Positions 22,242 to 34,381 of a DNA stretch of 64,000 nt are shown here, piece after piece (the first letter of the stretch is position 1; each line of letters begins with the position of its first letter). The notes under the pieces were generated by a model that made no database searches, was not told the DNA's origin, and saw only the letters and a list, made by a program, of their open reading frames with translations. The position numbers and the translations under genes are program-made. This stretch comes from Schmidtea nova (lineage: Eukaryota), in NCBI GenBank assembly GCA_044892505.1, contig CM097882.1, positions 429,598,001 to 429,662,000 of the forward strand, in the 5' to 3' direction.

Positions 22242-23989
22242 AGGGATATTGGTGAGGAGTTCCTTAGTCATCATACCTTAGCTACCACCCACCCATAATA
22301 CCCAGCAGTTATTATAATTAATTATTTTGGCTAAAATAATATTTTAGAAATACCAAAGCATTCAATATTTTAGTACTTAATCGTTTGCGAATTTTTTTTC
22401 CATTGTATTTCCTGACACAGAAAATACTCTTTCGCAAGAGGTTGATGTTAAATAGACAGTCAATAATGTATTATATAAATTTTCCAGTTTTTCACTTCTT
22501 TTAGCATCATTATTACTTTCAATATGCTTAAATTCTTTGTCAATATTAAAATTCTCGTTATTACCTTTTTTAAATTTCATTAACATTTGAATGGAATTTT
22601 GTAAATTGTCAATTTATCTTGAGCTATTTCTTTTTCTGAACCTGATTGTGATTCTGAGTTTTAATGATTTTAAATTTTATCATCATGATTGCTAATATCA
22701 AGAAGAAATAATCTTTGAAACAATTGTTTTGCAAATTTTTTATACTAAATTTGGATGAATAGTTAAAAAAACTTATTTTCATTTTGTTTTGAATGATTTC
22801 CTTTATGTAAAAATATAAGCAATGACACAATTTCTTTATTTCTTCGTTTTTCATTTTCATTTTTTAATATTTCTAATATATTAAGTGATGGTTCAGCATG
22901 TATATTCTTTCGTCTTCTCAGAACATACAACATTGTTCATCCTGCTGTAATGAAATTTGCGTTGTTTTTACTTGAACATCTAGCATAGTTGGTTCAACTG
23001 CAATTAATATTTGTTAATTCGCTAAAGAAATTTTCTTGGAACCGTTTTAAACCAAGTTCATCTACAGTTTTATTTAAACAATCAATTAACTTTAAAAATC
23101 TATTTTTAGCCGATGCCAATGTGTTCCAACTTGTTATTAACATTGAATATCAATTTAAAATCCTTTCATTTTTGTTGTACATGCTTCAAAAGAATTTTAG
23201 TACGAATTTTTAAAAAACTTAATTATTTTTCGCATTTTGTATAATGCAGGTTTTATATTACAAAGTAATGTTTAATTTTCCAATATTTCTTCTATTAGTA
23301 TATCTCCATCATAAGGTGGTTCTTATTCCTCATCGACTTGATTTTCTTCATCATACTCTTCTTCTATTCAGTCTTGTCTTCATCTAATTATAGAACATCT
23401 ATATCTATATCAACCTTTTTAGACAACACTTTACATACAGTGAGGTGGATTGCATGATTATAGAACAATTGTTTTTCTGCGGTAATAATTGAACAATACT
23501 TAATCATTTTACTGAGACTGTCATTTGTTGAGGTAATAACACTCGCTGCCAAATTCTTTTAAAGCGCCCTCAACTATCTCTGGATTTTCAGCAGTACATT
23601 TTTCATTAATTGAAACTAGCCCAAAAACAAGCAACTTTGAATTTGAGCAGCGCAAAAAACAGATTCAAATATTTCTTCATCAAAATATCTGTTCACTCAT
23701 AAAAAGAAATGCTGAATTTGTTTTTCATGATTCAATAATTACATGGTTTTTCAGACTAATCTGATTTTGTTAAGTTCAAATCTGACTTTATTGAATTCAA
23801 ATTTGATTTTAACAATTTAAATTCGATTTCTTTAAATTCAATTTTGATTTCAATAAATTCAATTTCGAAATTATTATTTTAATATGTTTAATATGAAAAT
23901 ACATTAAAACACCAAAATTGGTTAGATACTAATTATAAATTATATAAATAAGTTATTTAATCTTCAATAATATTGTTAATAATGCTTCT

Positions 23990-24534
23990 TTAAATGTAGC
24001 GTGACATATTTCTGAAATATCCATCACAGTCATTGAGCGTAATCAAATCTTTTCCATTTTCAATTGCCCGAATTAATTCATTCTCGTTATTGCTATTGGC
24101 TCTTTTGGTATGCTCCTTCCACTTACTAAACATGTTTCCAGTCGGATTCTGAAACGGACTATAAAAGGACAAATAGTCGAGATTATAGCTTCCATTTTGA
24201 ATAAGAGTCTGAACAGCCAAACTCCTGTGAAACGGAAAATTGTCCATGATAACAGCGTTATTCATGTTTCTTCTGCGCAAATTTGACATTAATTCCGTAA
24301 GATAATCAAGGAACGTTTGATTATTACAAAAGGAGGGTTGACGCTTTTAGTATACTATGCCTTCTACATTCATAGCACAACAAATGCTCGAATTCCGTGT
24401 TCTAATGTCAGATGCAGTGATAGGGGCTGGATTTATTTTCAAGCGATTTTGTAACTCTTATAGAGACTTGAAAACGCACCTCATCCATAAAAATAATCTC
24501 TCTGGAATTAGACGCAGAAGGCTATCCAATATAT
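23990..24534 (-). pseudogene. Tc1/IS630 transposase, catalytic half
   Basis: IIFMDEV, VIMDNFPFH, YSPFQNPTGNMFSKWK. Confidence 0.85.
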
Positions 24535-25888
24535 TGTTGGGCCAAAATTGCAAATTGTTTGAATGAAGTGATAACACCACAAGTAGAGATCGCGCAAAAT
24601 TCCACTTTAACCGCAAAATTTTACTTTAACCAAAATATCAATTAAAAACCCAAGTAGTTGAGTAAAAACACGCCCAAAATTTAAGGTGGACAGAAGTGCA
24701 TTAATATGTAGAGAGCGCGCGAGGAAGTAGATTTGAAATTTATAATATGTAGAGAGCGCGCGAGGAAGTAGATTTGAACACAAGACACCAAATACAACCC
24801 AATAGCAATAGAACACATGAAATAATCGGTCAAAACACGTTGAAAAATTGAAACGAACAAAAGTGCATTGAGTGTATACGTGAAAAACACCTGTATAGCG
24901 TGAGAACATCAATTGTGTAATGGAATAGCACACTAGAAAAAATAAACATCTTGTCGGGAGGAAATTTTCAAATTTCAGTGTAAAAATTCGAATAACATGA
25001 AAGAAAATTGTTTTAGTTAGAAATTATGACAAATTAATTAAATTAGAAAAAATTTTGATTTAAAAATGAAATTTTAGATCAAAAATAAATTATTTAGAAT
25101 TTATTTAAAATTATATGCAAAACTAATAATTTAATTTCGCGGAAAATTATTGAAATTAATTTTCAAGAATCGAAAAATCCTTCTAGAACAATTTGTTTTA
25201 ATACATCAACGAAAGTAGCATTTTAGACAGCTATCAAAATGGATTTCGTCACTCTTTTTCACACAATTTTACTCGCTTTGTAATTTTTGGTCAGAATTTT
25301 GCAAAACACTTCCTGGTGCTCAGAATTTTAGAGGAATTCAGAAGAAAAGTTGAAGAGATTGCCTATCACCAACCAGAAGGTTTTTGGAAATCGAAAACCG
25401 GCCCAGAATTTTAGCCAAATCGCCTCGGAAGGAAGAAATTTTAATTTTCGAAACATCCACGATTTCATTCATTTTGCCAGCTAACCGCACGGGAATGTAA
25501 GCTTTTTTGATTGTTTAGCGTGAGTTGACCCGTCATGCCCCGTCAACCCAGGCTTAGTATTGTATTCTTAACTTATATTTTATTCATGTTATTATCGTTT
25601 TTATTTTTTTATTGCTATTATTATTATTTTATTTATTTGTTGTGATTTGACCATATTTGTAATATGGGATTGTTAATATTCTTGAACTCTAATTTGGAAA
25701 AATTAAAATTTAGGATTTATCTTATGATTTTTACCATTATCAAATCACTTAAAATCAAAAAGAATTATTTTTGGGAAAACCTGCACATTTCACCCCTAAA
25801 TGCAATTAAAGTATATTTGATTTATTTTAAATTATCGATGTAACTCATTATCATATATGTTTTTTTATTAAAACATTTTTCCATACGT

Positions 25889-26063
25889 CTGATGGTGGTC
25901 CACCTAGTCGTTGTACCGCCATTAGTCATTTTGGTGAATTATCAGCACGTTGAAGTCCTTTCAACGTGCTGATCCATATTTTCATCGAAGTGGGCGCACA
26001 CATCCAATCTCGCTTCATCTCATGCCTGGCTATGTGAGGAGTGGTGGTTTGGCCAAGCGCAAG
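25889..26063 (+). ncRNA. Structured RNA motif family 2, copy 1
   Basis: Stem CTGATGGTGG/CCGCCATTAG; perfect 14-bp hairpin at 25941-25973; loops TCCA..CGTTGT and ACATCCA shared with 36121-36283. Confidence 0.55.
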
Positions 26064-27127
26064 TTTTGTTCAAAATAAAATTATCTATATTATATTATCA
26101 TAGTTATTTTTATTTATATATAAAATCTGACTCATAAATATAAAAATATTGAATGCTAAAAGATGCTAGCAAACATGCAATGTTCGTGATTTCACCTTCG
26201 TCCTAATCAATGCTTTTCGTCTCGCTCACCCATGAACTCGCAAATCATCTGAAAATCTCCACCGAAAATTCGTATTGTTGACAATTATAAAAGAAAATAA
26301 TTGCTCCGATATATTAGAAGATATGAAGAAAAGTTAAATTGCAGTTGAACCTCATTCTATCTGAAAGTGTTTAAAAAGTATAAAATTTATTTTATTCCTA
26401 AACTTAATTTCGGTTATGCGAAGCCTTCAGGCGAAGTGTAACGAAAAATTTGAGTGCACTTTGCTTGAAGAATTCGCATACGAATGAAATTTAGCTAGTA
26501 AAGATCCTATCTTCAAAATATTAATACCTAAAAAGTATTGGAATTAGAATAAGTTATGAAAGAAAATTTTCGTTGTTTAGGAATTTTTATATTTTATAAA
26601 TTTTTATTGAATTATTTTATTTTAGCATTTTATTGTTGGGCAAAAACTGCAAAGCAGTAACCCTATAAGTAGAGAGCGCGCAAGATTCAATTTTAACCCA
26701 AACATTCATTAAAGACCGAAGCGATTAATTGAAAAACGCCAAAAAGGTGAAATGGACTCAAGCACATCAACCAGTAGAGAACGCGCTAGCTGTGAATTTG
26801 CAAGTCCTTACACTGAAACCTCAAGAAAAATTAAAAGTCGTCAAAAGAAGAACGTTTGAAAGTTAGAATAGGCAGAAACCCCATTGAAAATGCCCATAAA
26901 GAACAGAATTGTGTCATAAAACTTCAGTGCAGAAAAAATTAACAAAAATTTTAGAAGAAAATTGTGATTTTATCATGAAATTTCACAAAAAAATAAAAAG
27001 AAACAATCTTGATCGAAATATCGCAAATTAAATCAAATTGAATAAATTTTGATTCAAAAATAAAAATTTTGGATTAAAAATAAATTATTTATGGTTTATA
27101 AAAATTATTAAGTAAAAATATTGATTT

Positions 27128-28188
27128 TGTTCGTCTGTGTGCGCAGTACTTTAATTTTGGAAGAGAGAATATTTTGTAGTCTGTGTGCGCGTTGACATTT
27201 TTTGTTATTTTTGATTGCCGGTATCGCGTCTGTGTGCGCCTCACGGTTTTTTTTTGTTTATCGCGTCTGTGTGCGCGTGGGTAATTTTGGTTGTGGTTTT
27301 TGTGAAATTGATTTAATTTTTAGATTTGGTTATTAATTGAATTTCAAAAAAAAAATCCAGTTGTTTAAATATTCCAATAATTGAAAGTTGGGATTTGTTT
27401 TAAAAAGGTGTTAATGGAAGGAATTTTTGGAAGCTTCGATTTAGAATTTATGGATCAAATTATGGCAATGGATAGGTCGACAAGAAAGGCTAAAGATGAT
27501 CATTCAATACAGAATAATAATGATAATAACGCTACGCATATGCAAGGAAGTTCAGAGAATCATTACAATTATTTCAATGACAGCAATAGGGATGTTATGT
27601 CGATGAATATTGATGCTAATTATGCTAATTTCAATATGCCAATGAACATGAATGCAGATTACAGGCCAGATGGATTCGCTAAAGCCTTGTTAGTTACTCC
27701 CAAGCAGGTGGCTGTCAATGCTGCCTTGGATTCTACTAAAATGATTTCTAAATTGCGTGCTTTGCATCATTCTAGCCAACAATTTCCGGATCTAGCATAT
27801 TTCAAATGGTATGGATTAGATTTGACTAACTTCAATGTGCCAAATGACAAAGAAGCTGGAATTTTCGAATCTTCAATGTCGAAAATTAGATCCGATCTTT
27901 CTCATATATCGAGTGATCACATAAACAATATTTCTCGCAAATCAACTGACAACAAGTCCTTAGAAACAATCTCTATCATATATCAGGTGATAAATCTTCT
28001 GATTTCGGTCATTTCGGTCAACAATGAATTGACAAACAAACATTCTCCGTTTGTGCCATCTTTGGACATACTCCGGCGATTGACGGCACAAATGTTGACT
28101 TACTGTGCATTACACGAGTTGAATGGAATTATCAATACTGTTTATTGTGTGAATAAAGATAATATGGACGTTCAATTAATGATTTCCA
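27128..28188 (+). repeat. BEL 5' LTR (1061 bp)
   Basis: Direct repeat of 34382-35441; four GTCTGTGTGCGC motifs in the first 150 bp; AATAAA at 28152. Confidence 0.97.
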
Positions 28189-31100
28189 ATGGTAGCAGAG
28201 CGTGGTTCCCACTGGGGGGCCACGCACACTTTGGAAGTCTGAGAGGAATCCTGTTAGTGTATATTTTTATTAAAAAGCCTAATATGTTTTGCGTAAATTT
28301 TTATAAATGTTTTAAATTTGTAATTGGGGTATGGACCAACATTCCCTCCCAAGCGCGTTTGAAAAGGGAAGTGAAGGTTGGAATGCTTTGGCTACCGGAT
28401 ATTGTGAAAGACGGCTGCTATGGGCCCCAGCATTCTTTTAAATTCCGGGAAAAAATGGTGTCACCTGCTTATGAAGCAACATGTATAGTAAAAGATAATT
28501 CGGTATTTAAAGGTGTAAATGTTAGTAGGTGCATTGGTTATGACAGCGAAGATTTTTCTTTGAATATCAGCCGGGAAATGTTGCAACAAGATAAAATGTT
28601 GAAAGGCTTAGAACCTTTTGTAGGAATAAAGGGAGATAAAAGTAATCATAAAAAGTTCTATAATCAAATTGTTAAAAATATTAAATTGGGTAATCATGAA
28701 AACAGGGCGAATATGAATAAAATAGGGGAATTATTGAGTTTTTATTCAATAGCAAGTGGTGATGAAAAGACAAGTTTAAAGAATAATAGTTCGCGAGTGA
28801 AAGAAAAGAAAATGGAGTCAACTTTACCTTTTGTTTTGCGATTGAGACGTGGAATACAGATTTTTGTTAAGACTCTAACAGGTAAAACCATAACACTGGA
28901 AGTTGAACCGAGGGACTCTATTGAGAAAATAAAAGCAAGGATCCAAGAGAAAGAGGGAATCCCGCCTGATCAACAGAGATTGATATTTGCAGGTAAACAA
29001 TTGGTAGGCGAAAGAATCCTGTCAGACTACCACATTCTAAAGGGGTCTACTATTCATCTGGCACTGAGATTGTGTGGAGGGAATGATGAAGAGGAGGAAT
29101 TAGAGGAAGGATTGAGAAAGAAGAGGAGTGTCAAATATAGATTGACGAAATTAAGAAACAGATGGATAAATGATATGTTGGCAGAAAATGCAACACATGT
29201 CCTTGATGAATATCAGGAAGCTATGGAAAGTGCCATAGAGAGTTTTGAAAGATTGGTGGATATTAGTAAAAGATTAGGAAGGGCAGATACAACATCGGGG
29301 CTAGAAGCGGATTTACAAGAGATAGAAAATAAGAACGAGAAGGTGGAAGAGTTGATTTCGTCAAAGGCCAATCAGTCTGTTAGGTCGGATGACAGTAATA
29401 CAATTAAAGAGGTAAATGGAAACGAAACGAAGAAAAGACTAGAAAAGATGCAGAAGATACGGATCCAGATATTTGATGGACACCAGAAAGAATATGAAAG
29501 TTGGAAAGCTGCTTTCCATACTTGTGTTGATAGTGCCCATGGAGATGATGATGAAAAGATGTTACACCTTCGATCCTATCTGAAAGGTGAACCGCTAAGG
29601 CTGATCGAAAATTTAGGATTTTCTGCAACGGGTTATAAAATGGCAAAAGAAAAGCTTGATAAAAGATATGGCGGGGAAGAACGAAATTACTTAGCTGCTC
29701 TGGAAGATATCGACAGGTTCCGACCCGTTCGGGAGAATGAAATGCTGGAAATAGAGGCATTTGTTGGACTATTGGAAACGCTAGAAGTTAGAATTATTAA
29801 TAATAGACGAGAGGGCGAAATGAACAACAGTTACTTATTGAAGAGATGCCTGCAAAAGCTACCCAGCTCGCTGCTATACAAGTGGAAGAAAGATTTTAAG
29901 GAGGGAAAGGTAACCGAATGTATCCAAGATTTGAGAAATTGGTTACAAGATGAAGTCGAGCTGTTAAGATCCACAAGAGAAACCCTTTATGGAGTCGGTG
30001 ATGGCAATAGAAGAAACGATTGGAAGAGGCAGGATGGACCGTCAAGAGAATTTGGGAATCTAAGGCAAGGGAACCGGACACTTGTTGGGCAAGTAGCAGA
30101 TTGGAAGGAAGACAAGACAAACATACCAAGAGACGGATTGTTGAGCACAAAGTTGAAGTGTTGGAAATGCAAGGAAAATCATTACTTGGATCAATGCAGA
30201 GAATTCAAAGAAATGAACCCCGCAATGCGGCGTAAAGCAGTAGGAGACTGGAAGTTATGCTTTAATTGTTTAAAGTCTAATCATGTAGCGTCGGAATGTC
30301 GAAAGGCTTCATTCTGTACTAGAGAGGGGTGTAAGTTGAAACACAGTAACCTACTGCATGTGGATCAGTCAGAGTCCAAAAGGAAGGAAAACACATTGAT
30401 GTCGGCTACTAAAGATGAATTATTAAAAAAGGAGCGAAAATACCTAAGCTTGAGGACCATACCGATCTACCTTGAGCATGGAGCGAAGAAAATTAAAGTA
30501 AATGCGCTGTTAGACGATGCAAGCTCCATTAGCTACATAAGTCAGAGTATTGCAGACGAGTTGGGTCTAAAGGGGAAAGAGGAAATAGTTCCTGTGAGCG
30601 TCATCGGAGGTCATATTCAAAATATGACAACAAGAATAGTCACGATGACGTTGATAAGTCATGATCAGAAGATGAGGAAAAAGTTTACAGCTGCAGCGGT
30701 GAAGAGTGTAACCGGGGAAATGCGAGTGATAAATTGGGCAAAGGAAAAATGGCAATGGGAGCACTTAAAGGATATTCGATTTCCAATGCTTGACGAACGA
30801 CAGGTTGTGCATGTTCTTATCGGAGCCGATTATTTAGGGTTGCAAAGAGCGTTGAAGGAAGTGGATGGGAAGATGGACGAACCAATCGCTAGATTAACTC
30901 CGCTTGGTTGGACCTGTGTAGGTGGAAATACGTTGGGCGTGTCATTGACCCACCAAACCAACTTTGTTCAAACGTATTTATCCAAGGACGAGGAGTTAGT
31001 TGGACAGGTAAAGTTGTTCTGGGAAATCGAGAACTTAAAGGAGAACCCGGCGCTCTTGACCAAAAGGGATCGTGAAGTTATTAAAATTACGGAAGAAAAG

Positions 31101-31349
31101 ATGGTTAACAGAGGAATGTTTTATCAAGTGAGTTTACCGTGGAAATCTGGAAAAGAAGAATTATCAAATAATACGCAAATGGCAATGAAACGCCTAGAAA
31201 GTTTAAAGCAAAAATTAGATAAAGATCAAGAGCTGAAGAAGGAATATGAAAGAATTTTGAAGGATCATGAAAGTAAGGATTACATTAGGAGGTTAAGCGA
31301 ACAAGAAAAGGTGGGAACGAAGTGGATGTTACCTCATTTTCCCATTTAA
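27414..31349 (+). CDS. LTR-encoded unknown domain + ubiquitin-like domain + Gag + protease
   Basis: One open frame from ATG 27414. Gag [16 protein letters not shown]; knuckles [42 protein letters not shown]; protease [12 protein letters not shown]. Confidence 0.85.
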   Translation: MEGIFGSFDLEFMDQIMAMDRSTRKAKDDHSIQNNNDNNATHMQGSSENHYNYFNDSNRDVMSMNIDANYANFNMPMNMNADYRPDGFAKALLVTPKQVAVNAALDSTKMISKLRALHHSSQQFPDLAYFKWYGLDLTNFNVPNDKEAGIFESSMSKIRSDLSHISSDHINNISRKSTDNKSLETISIIYQVINLLISVISVNNELTNKHSPFVPSLDILRRLTAQMLTYCALHELNGIINTVYCVNKDNMDVQLMISNGSRAWFPLGGHAHFGSLRGILLVYIFIKKPNMFCVNFYKCFKFVIGVWTNIPSQARLKREVKVGMLWLPDIVKDGCYGPQHSFKFREKMVSPAYEATCIVKDNSVFKGVNVSRCIGYDSEDFSLNISREMLQQDKMLKGLEPFVGIKGDKSNHKKFYNQIVKNIKLGNHENRANMNKIGELLSFYSIASGDEKTSLKNNSSRVKEKKMESTLPFVLRLRRGIQIFVKTLTGKTITLEVEPRDSIEKIKARIQEKEGIPPDQQRLIFAGKQLVGERILSDYHILKGSTIHLALRLCGGNDEEEELEEGLRKKRSVKYRLTKLRNRWINDMLAENATHVLDEYQEAMESAIESFERLVDISKRLGRADTTSGLEADLQEIENKNEKVEELISSKANQSVRSDDSNTIKEVNGNETKKRLEKMQKIRIQIFDGHQKEYESWKAAFHTCVDSAHGDDDEKMLHLRSYLKGEPLRLIENLGFSATGYKMAKEKLDKRYGGEERNYLAALEDIDRFRPVRENEMLEIEAFVGLLETLEVRIINNRREGEMNNSYLLKRCLQKLPSSLLYKWKKDFKEGKVTECIQDLRNWLQDEVELLRSTRETLYGVGDGNRRNDWKRQDGPSREFGNLRQGNRTLVGQVADWKEDKTNIPRDGLLSTKLKCWKCKENHYLDQCREFKEMNPAMRRKAVGDWKLCFNCLKSNHVASECRKASFCTREGCKLKHSNLLHVDQSESKRKENTLMSATKDELLKKERKYLSLRTIPIYLEHGAKKIKVNALLDDASSISYISQSIADELGLKGKEEIVPVSVIGGHIQNMTTRIVTMTLISHDQKMRKKFTAAAVKSVTGEMRVINWAKEKWQWEHLKDIRFPMLDERQVVHVLIGADYLGLQRALKEVDGKMDEPIARLTPLGWTCVGGNTLGVSLTHQTNFVQTYLSKDEELVGQVKLFWEIENLKENPALLTKRDREVIKITEEKMVNRGMFYQVSLPWKSGKEELSNNTQMAMKRLESLKQKLDKDQELKKEYERILKDHESKDYIRRLSEQEKVGTKWMLPHFPI
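28190..28207 (+). promoter_or_regulatory. Primer-binding site, initiator tRNA-Met type
   Basis: TGGTAGCAGAGCGTGGTT, 1 nt after the LTR; complementary to an ...CTCTGCTACCA 3' end. Confidence 0.85.
28854..29081 (+). other. Ubiquitin-like domain inside the BEL polyprotein
   Basis: [19 protein letters not shown]...LRLCGG; 59/76 identical to canonical ubiquitin by manual count. Preceded by [13 protein letters not shown], the tail of a previous ubiquitin unit. Confidence 0.95.
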
Positions 31350-34345
31350 GAAAGGAAAAAGAAATATCGAAAGTCCGGATTGTATTTGATGCTGCAGCAA
31401 AATGTAATGGAAAGTGTTTGAATGATGTTTTGGAAACGGGACCGAAATTGCAAAATGATCTTTTCGAAATTTTGTTAAGATTCAGACGGTTTAAGGTAGC
31501 CATAGTAAGCGATATCGCCGAAATGTATCTACAAATAAGAGTAGCGGAAGAAGACAGACCTTACTTACGATTTTTGTGGAAAGAGGGTGAGAAGAGTGTG
31601 CAATTTGAATTTTCAAGACTAGTTTTCGGGTTGAATACGTCCCCGTTTCTTGCACAATATGTAACCCAACAACACGCGAGAAGATATGAAAAAAGTTACG
31701 CAAGAGCGGCTGAGACCATAATAAAATCTACATACATGGATGACAGCATTGACTCAGTAGAGACGGAGGAAGAAGCGCTAATTCTTAAAGAGGATCTGAA
31801 GTTACTGTGGGCAGAAGCAGGAATGAGGGCAAGAAAGTGGATGTCAAACTTGATTAAAGTAATGGAAACAATTCCGATCGAAGAACAAGCCAAGTCGTTA
31901 ACAATAGAAGAAAATAGAACAGTCACGATGAAGACATTTGGGATGTACTGGCTCGCAACGGACGATTTATTGAGATTTGAAGGACGAACGGCAGACAATG
32001 TGAAAATCACGAAAAGAATGTTATTAAGTTGGATAGCACGTATCTTTGATCCTTTGGGAATGCTTAGTGCATTCACAATTATTGGCAAATGCCTAATGCA
32101 AGAAGCGTGGATGATGGGAAGTAAGTGGGATGATGTTTTACCCCCAGAATTACAAAAAAGAGCGAGATGTTGGATGGAAGAATGTGAATTATTGAATCGA
32201 GTAATGATTCCAAGGAGATTATTGGGGAAGCAAAGCAACCCGTGGCGCTTACATGTATTTGTTGATGCGTCTAGTACTGCCTATGCAGCGGTTTGTTACC
32301 TTAGGGAAGAAGAGAGCGCCAAGGTTAAAATGAAATTTGTTGCGGCACGAGCAAAAGTAGCTCCAGTTAAAGTAATTAGCATTCCACGATTGGAATTGAT
32401 GGGCGCCTGTTTGGGTCTAAAGTTAGCTAAGAAAGTTGGAAAGGCGTTACAATATGAATTGAAAAATGTCATGTTTTGGACTGATAGTCAAGATACCTTG
32501 CACTGGATTCGTCATCATTCAAGACTATGGAAAACATTTGTTGCCAACCGAGTGAGTACCATTCAGAACGAGACAGATGCTGAACAATGGCGTTACGTTC
32601 CTACTAAGAGCAACCCAGCAGATATAGCCACTCGGGGAATGTCGGCATCAGATCATATAGGAGATAATATGTGGTGGGAAGGACCACCTTTTTTAAAACA
32701 CTTTGAAAGAAATTGGCCAAAAACGAAATTAGATATACAGGTAAATGAAAATAGAGAAAGAAAGCAAGCGACATTTGTCATAAATTTAGAAGAAGAGCAA
32801 CCTGGAAAATATCAAGTAAACTGTTGGCAACCTGAAACCTATTCAGCGTGGAAAAGATTGCTCAGAGTAAGAGCATGGGTGCATAGATTCGCAAATAATT
32901 GTCGAAACAAAAAGGAACTCCGAAGTGGGGAGTTAACAACCGACGAAATCAAAAAGATTGAAACGATAGTAATTCGAGAGGAGCAAAATGAGATCTTTAA
33001 GGATGAGATACGAGAGTTAAAAGACGGAAGACCATTGTATAAAAAGAGCAAAATACTGAGTTTGAATCCAATGCTCGATGAAGAAGGATTACTCAGGAGT
33101 AACAGTCGAATCATAAATGCAGAGTTCATGACATTAGAAGCAAGATACCCGATAATATTAAGTGCAAAACGATGGGTGACTAGACTGATAATAAGAAAAT
33201 ATCATCAAGACAGAGATCACTGCGCCGGAACAAATCATTTATTAAGCGATCTGCAGGAAAGGTTTTGGATAACGCAACCTAAAAGAGAAATCAAGAAGGT
33301 GGAATTTGAATGCCTAATCTGTAAAAAGAGACGAGCTTCTGGACGGTCCCAGAAGATGGCTCCACTACCTGCATTTCGATTGACGGAACCATTTAGACCA
33401 TTTGGAAAAGTGGGGGTTGATTTTGCGGGCCCATTCTTAACAATCCAGGGCCGAGGAAAAGCGAGGCTAAAGAGATATGTGTGTTTGTTTACATGTTTAC
33501 AAACTAGAGCAGTGCATCTGGAATTAGTGTACGGACTAACAACGGATTCATTCATACAAGCTTTAATAAGATTCATTGGGCGACGAGGAAAACCAGTGTT
33601 GATGTTATCAGACAACGGTACTAATTTCGTGGGAGCAACGGGGGAATTGAAAGATGTGATACTCGATGGTTATAAGATAACGAAGGAGTTGACAGCTCGG
33701 GAGATAAGATGGGTGTTTAATCCGCCAGCCGGGCCACATTTCGGAGGGGTTTATGAAGCGTTAATAAAATCGATGAAAAGAGCTGTGTCAGCAATAGTGG
33801 GTAATGCGGATATTACAGATGAAGAGATGCTGACAGTAGTAGCACGGATTGAAGGATTTTTGAATGCCAGACCGTTGACGACAAAAGGGGATGATGAAAA
33901 AGGACTTGAAGTACTGACACCTAACCATTTTTTAATACCCAGATGGTCAGAAATCGAGGCTAATGAAATAGAAACTAATAAGAAAATTAATATTCAGCGA
34001 CGATGGAAAAGGACGGTAGAGTTAACCAATCAAGTATGGAATAGATGGAAAAGAGAACTTGTGCCGATATGGATAAGCAGAGCCAAGTGGAGATCAGATC
34101 AAGAAGAGTTAATAACAGGTCAGTTAGTGTGGATTTTAGATAAAGAAAGCGAAAGTGTTGGAGAATGGCCATTGGGGAAGATCACAGAGTTAATGATGGG
34201 AAGCGATGGACGGACACGGGTAGTAAAGATGTGGAGTAAAGGGAAAGAGGTGATCCGTCCAATATCTCAGCTTTGCCCCTTGGAAGTAGAAGCAGAGAAG
34301 CAAGAAAATTTTAAAGAAAAAAAGGGGTTGGCGGAAAAGGAGTAA
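31322..34345 (+). CDS. BEL Pol: RT, RNase H, integrase (-1 frame relative to the upstream ORF)
   Basis: [68 protein letters not shown]. Confidence 0.95.
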   Translation: MDVTSFSHLRKEKEISKVRIVFDAAAKCNGKCLNDVLETGPKLQNDLFEILLRFRRFKVAIVSDIAEMYLQIRVAEEDRPYLRFLWKEGEKSVQFEFSRLVFGLNTSPFLAQYVTQQHARRYEKSYARAAETIIKSTYMDDSIDSVETEEEALILKEDLKLLWAEAGMRARKWMSNLIKVMETIPIEEQAKSLTIEENRTVTMKTFGMYWLATDDLLRFEGRTADNVKITKRMLLSWIARIFDPLGMLSAFTIIGKCLMQEAWMMGSKWDDVLPPELQKRARCWMEECELLNRVMIPRRLLGKQSNPWRLHVFVDASSTAYAAVCYLREEESAKVKMKFVAARAKVAPVKVISIPRLELMGACLGLKLAKKVGKALQYELKNVMFWTDSQDTLHWIRHHSRLWKTFVANRVSTIQNETDAEQWRYVPTKSNPADIATRGMSASDHIGDNMWWEGPPFLKHFERNWPKTKLDIQVNENRERKQATFVINLEEEQPGKYQVNCWQPETYSAWKRLLRVRAWVHRFANNCRNKKELRSGELTTDEIKKIETIVIREEQNEIFKDEIRELKDGRPLYKKSKILSLNPMLDEEGLLRSNSRIINAEFMTLEARYPIILSAKRWVTRLIIRKYHQDRDHCAGTNHLLSDLQERFWITQPKREIKKVEFECLICKKRRASGRSQKMAPLPAFRLTEPFRPFGKVGVDFAGPFLTIQGRGKARLKRYVCLFTCLQTRAVHLELVYGLTTDSFIQALIRFIGRRGKPVLMLSDNGTNFVGATGELKDVILDGYKITKELTAREIRWVFNPPAGPHFGGVYEALIKSMKRAVSAIVGNADITDEEMLTVVARIEGFLNARPLTTKGDDEKGLEVLTPNHFLIPRWSEIEANEIETNKKINIQRRWKRTVELTNQVWNRWKRELVPIWISRAKWRSDQEELITGQLVWILDKESESVGEWPLGKITELMMGSDGRTRVVKMWSKGKEVIRPISQLCPLEVEAEKQENFKEKKGLAEKE

Positions 34346-34368
34346 ACAAGGAGAGTTGACGAGGAGTC

Positions 34369-34381
34369 AAAAGGGGGGGAA
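34369..34381 (+). promoter_or_regulatory. Polypurine tract
   Basis: Purine run immediately before the TG of the 3' LTR. Confidence 0.9.

Larger units (their letters stand above)
20369..22307 (+). mobile_element. Giant solo-LTR-like coding unit D (1939 bp, internally deleted, ORFs decayed)
   Basis: TGTTGGGCC...CCCAGCA. TSD GTTA at 20365-20368 and 22308-22311. Confidence 0.88.

Noticed and set aside
1733-29081. Functional link between ATG12 and the BEL ubiquitin domain
   Set aside because: The BEL domain derives from polyubiquitin, not ATG12; proximity is best explained as coincidence.
29404-34172. Antisense and alternate-frame ORFs over the BEL coding region
   Set aside because: Shadows of a purine-rich coding strand; no recognisable motifs.
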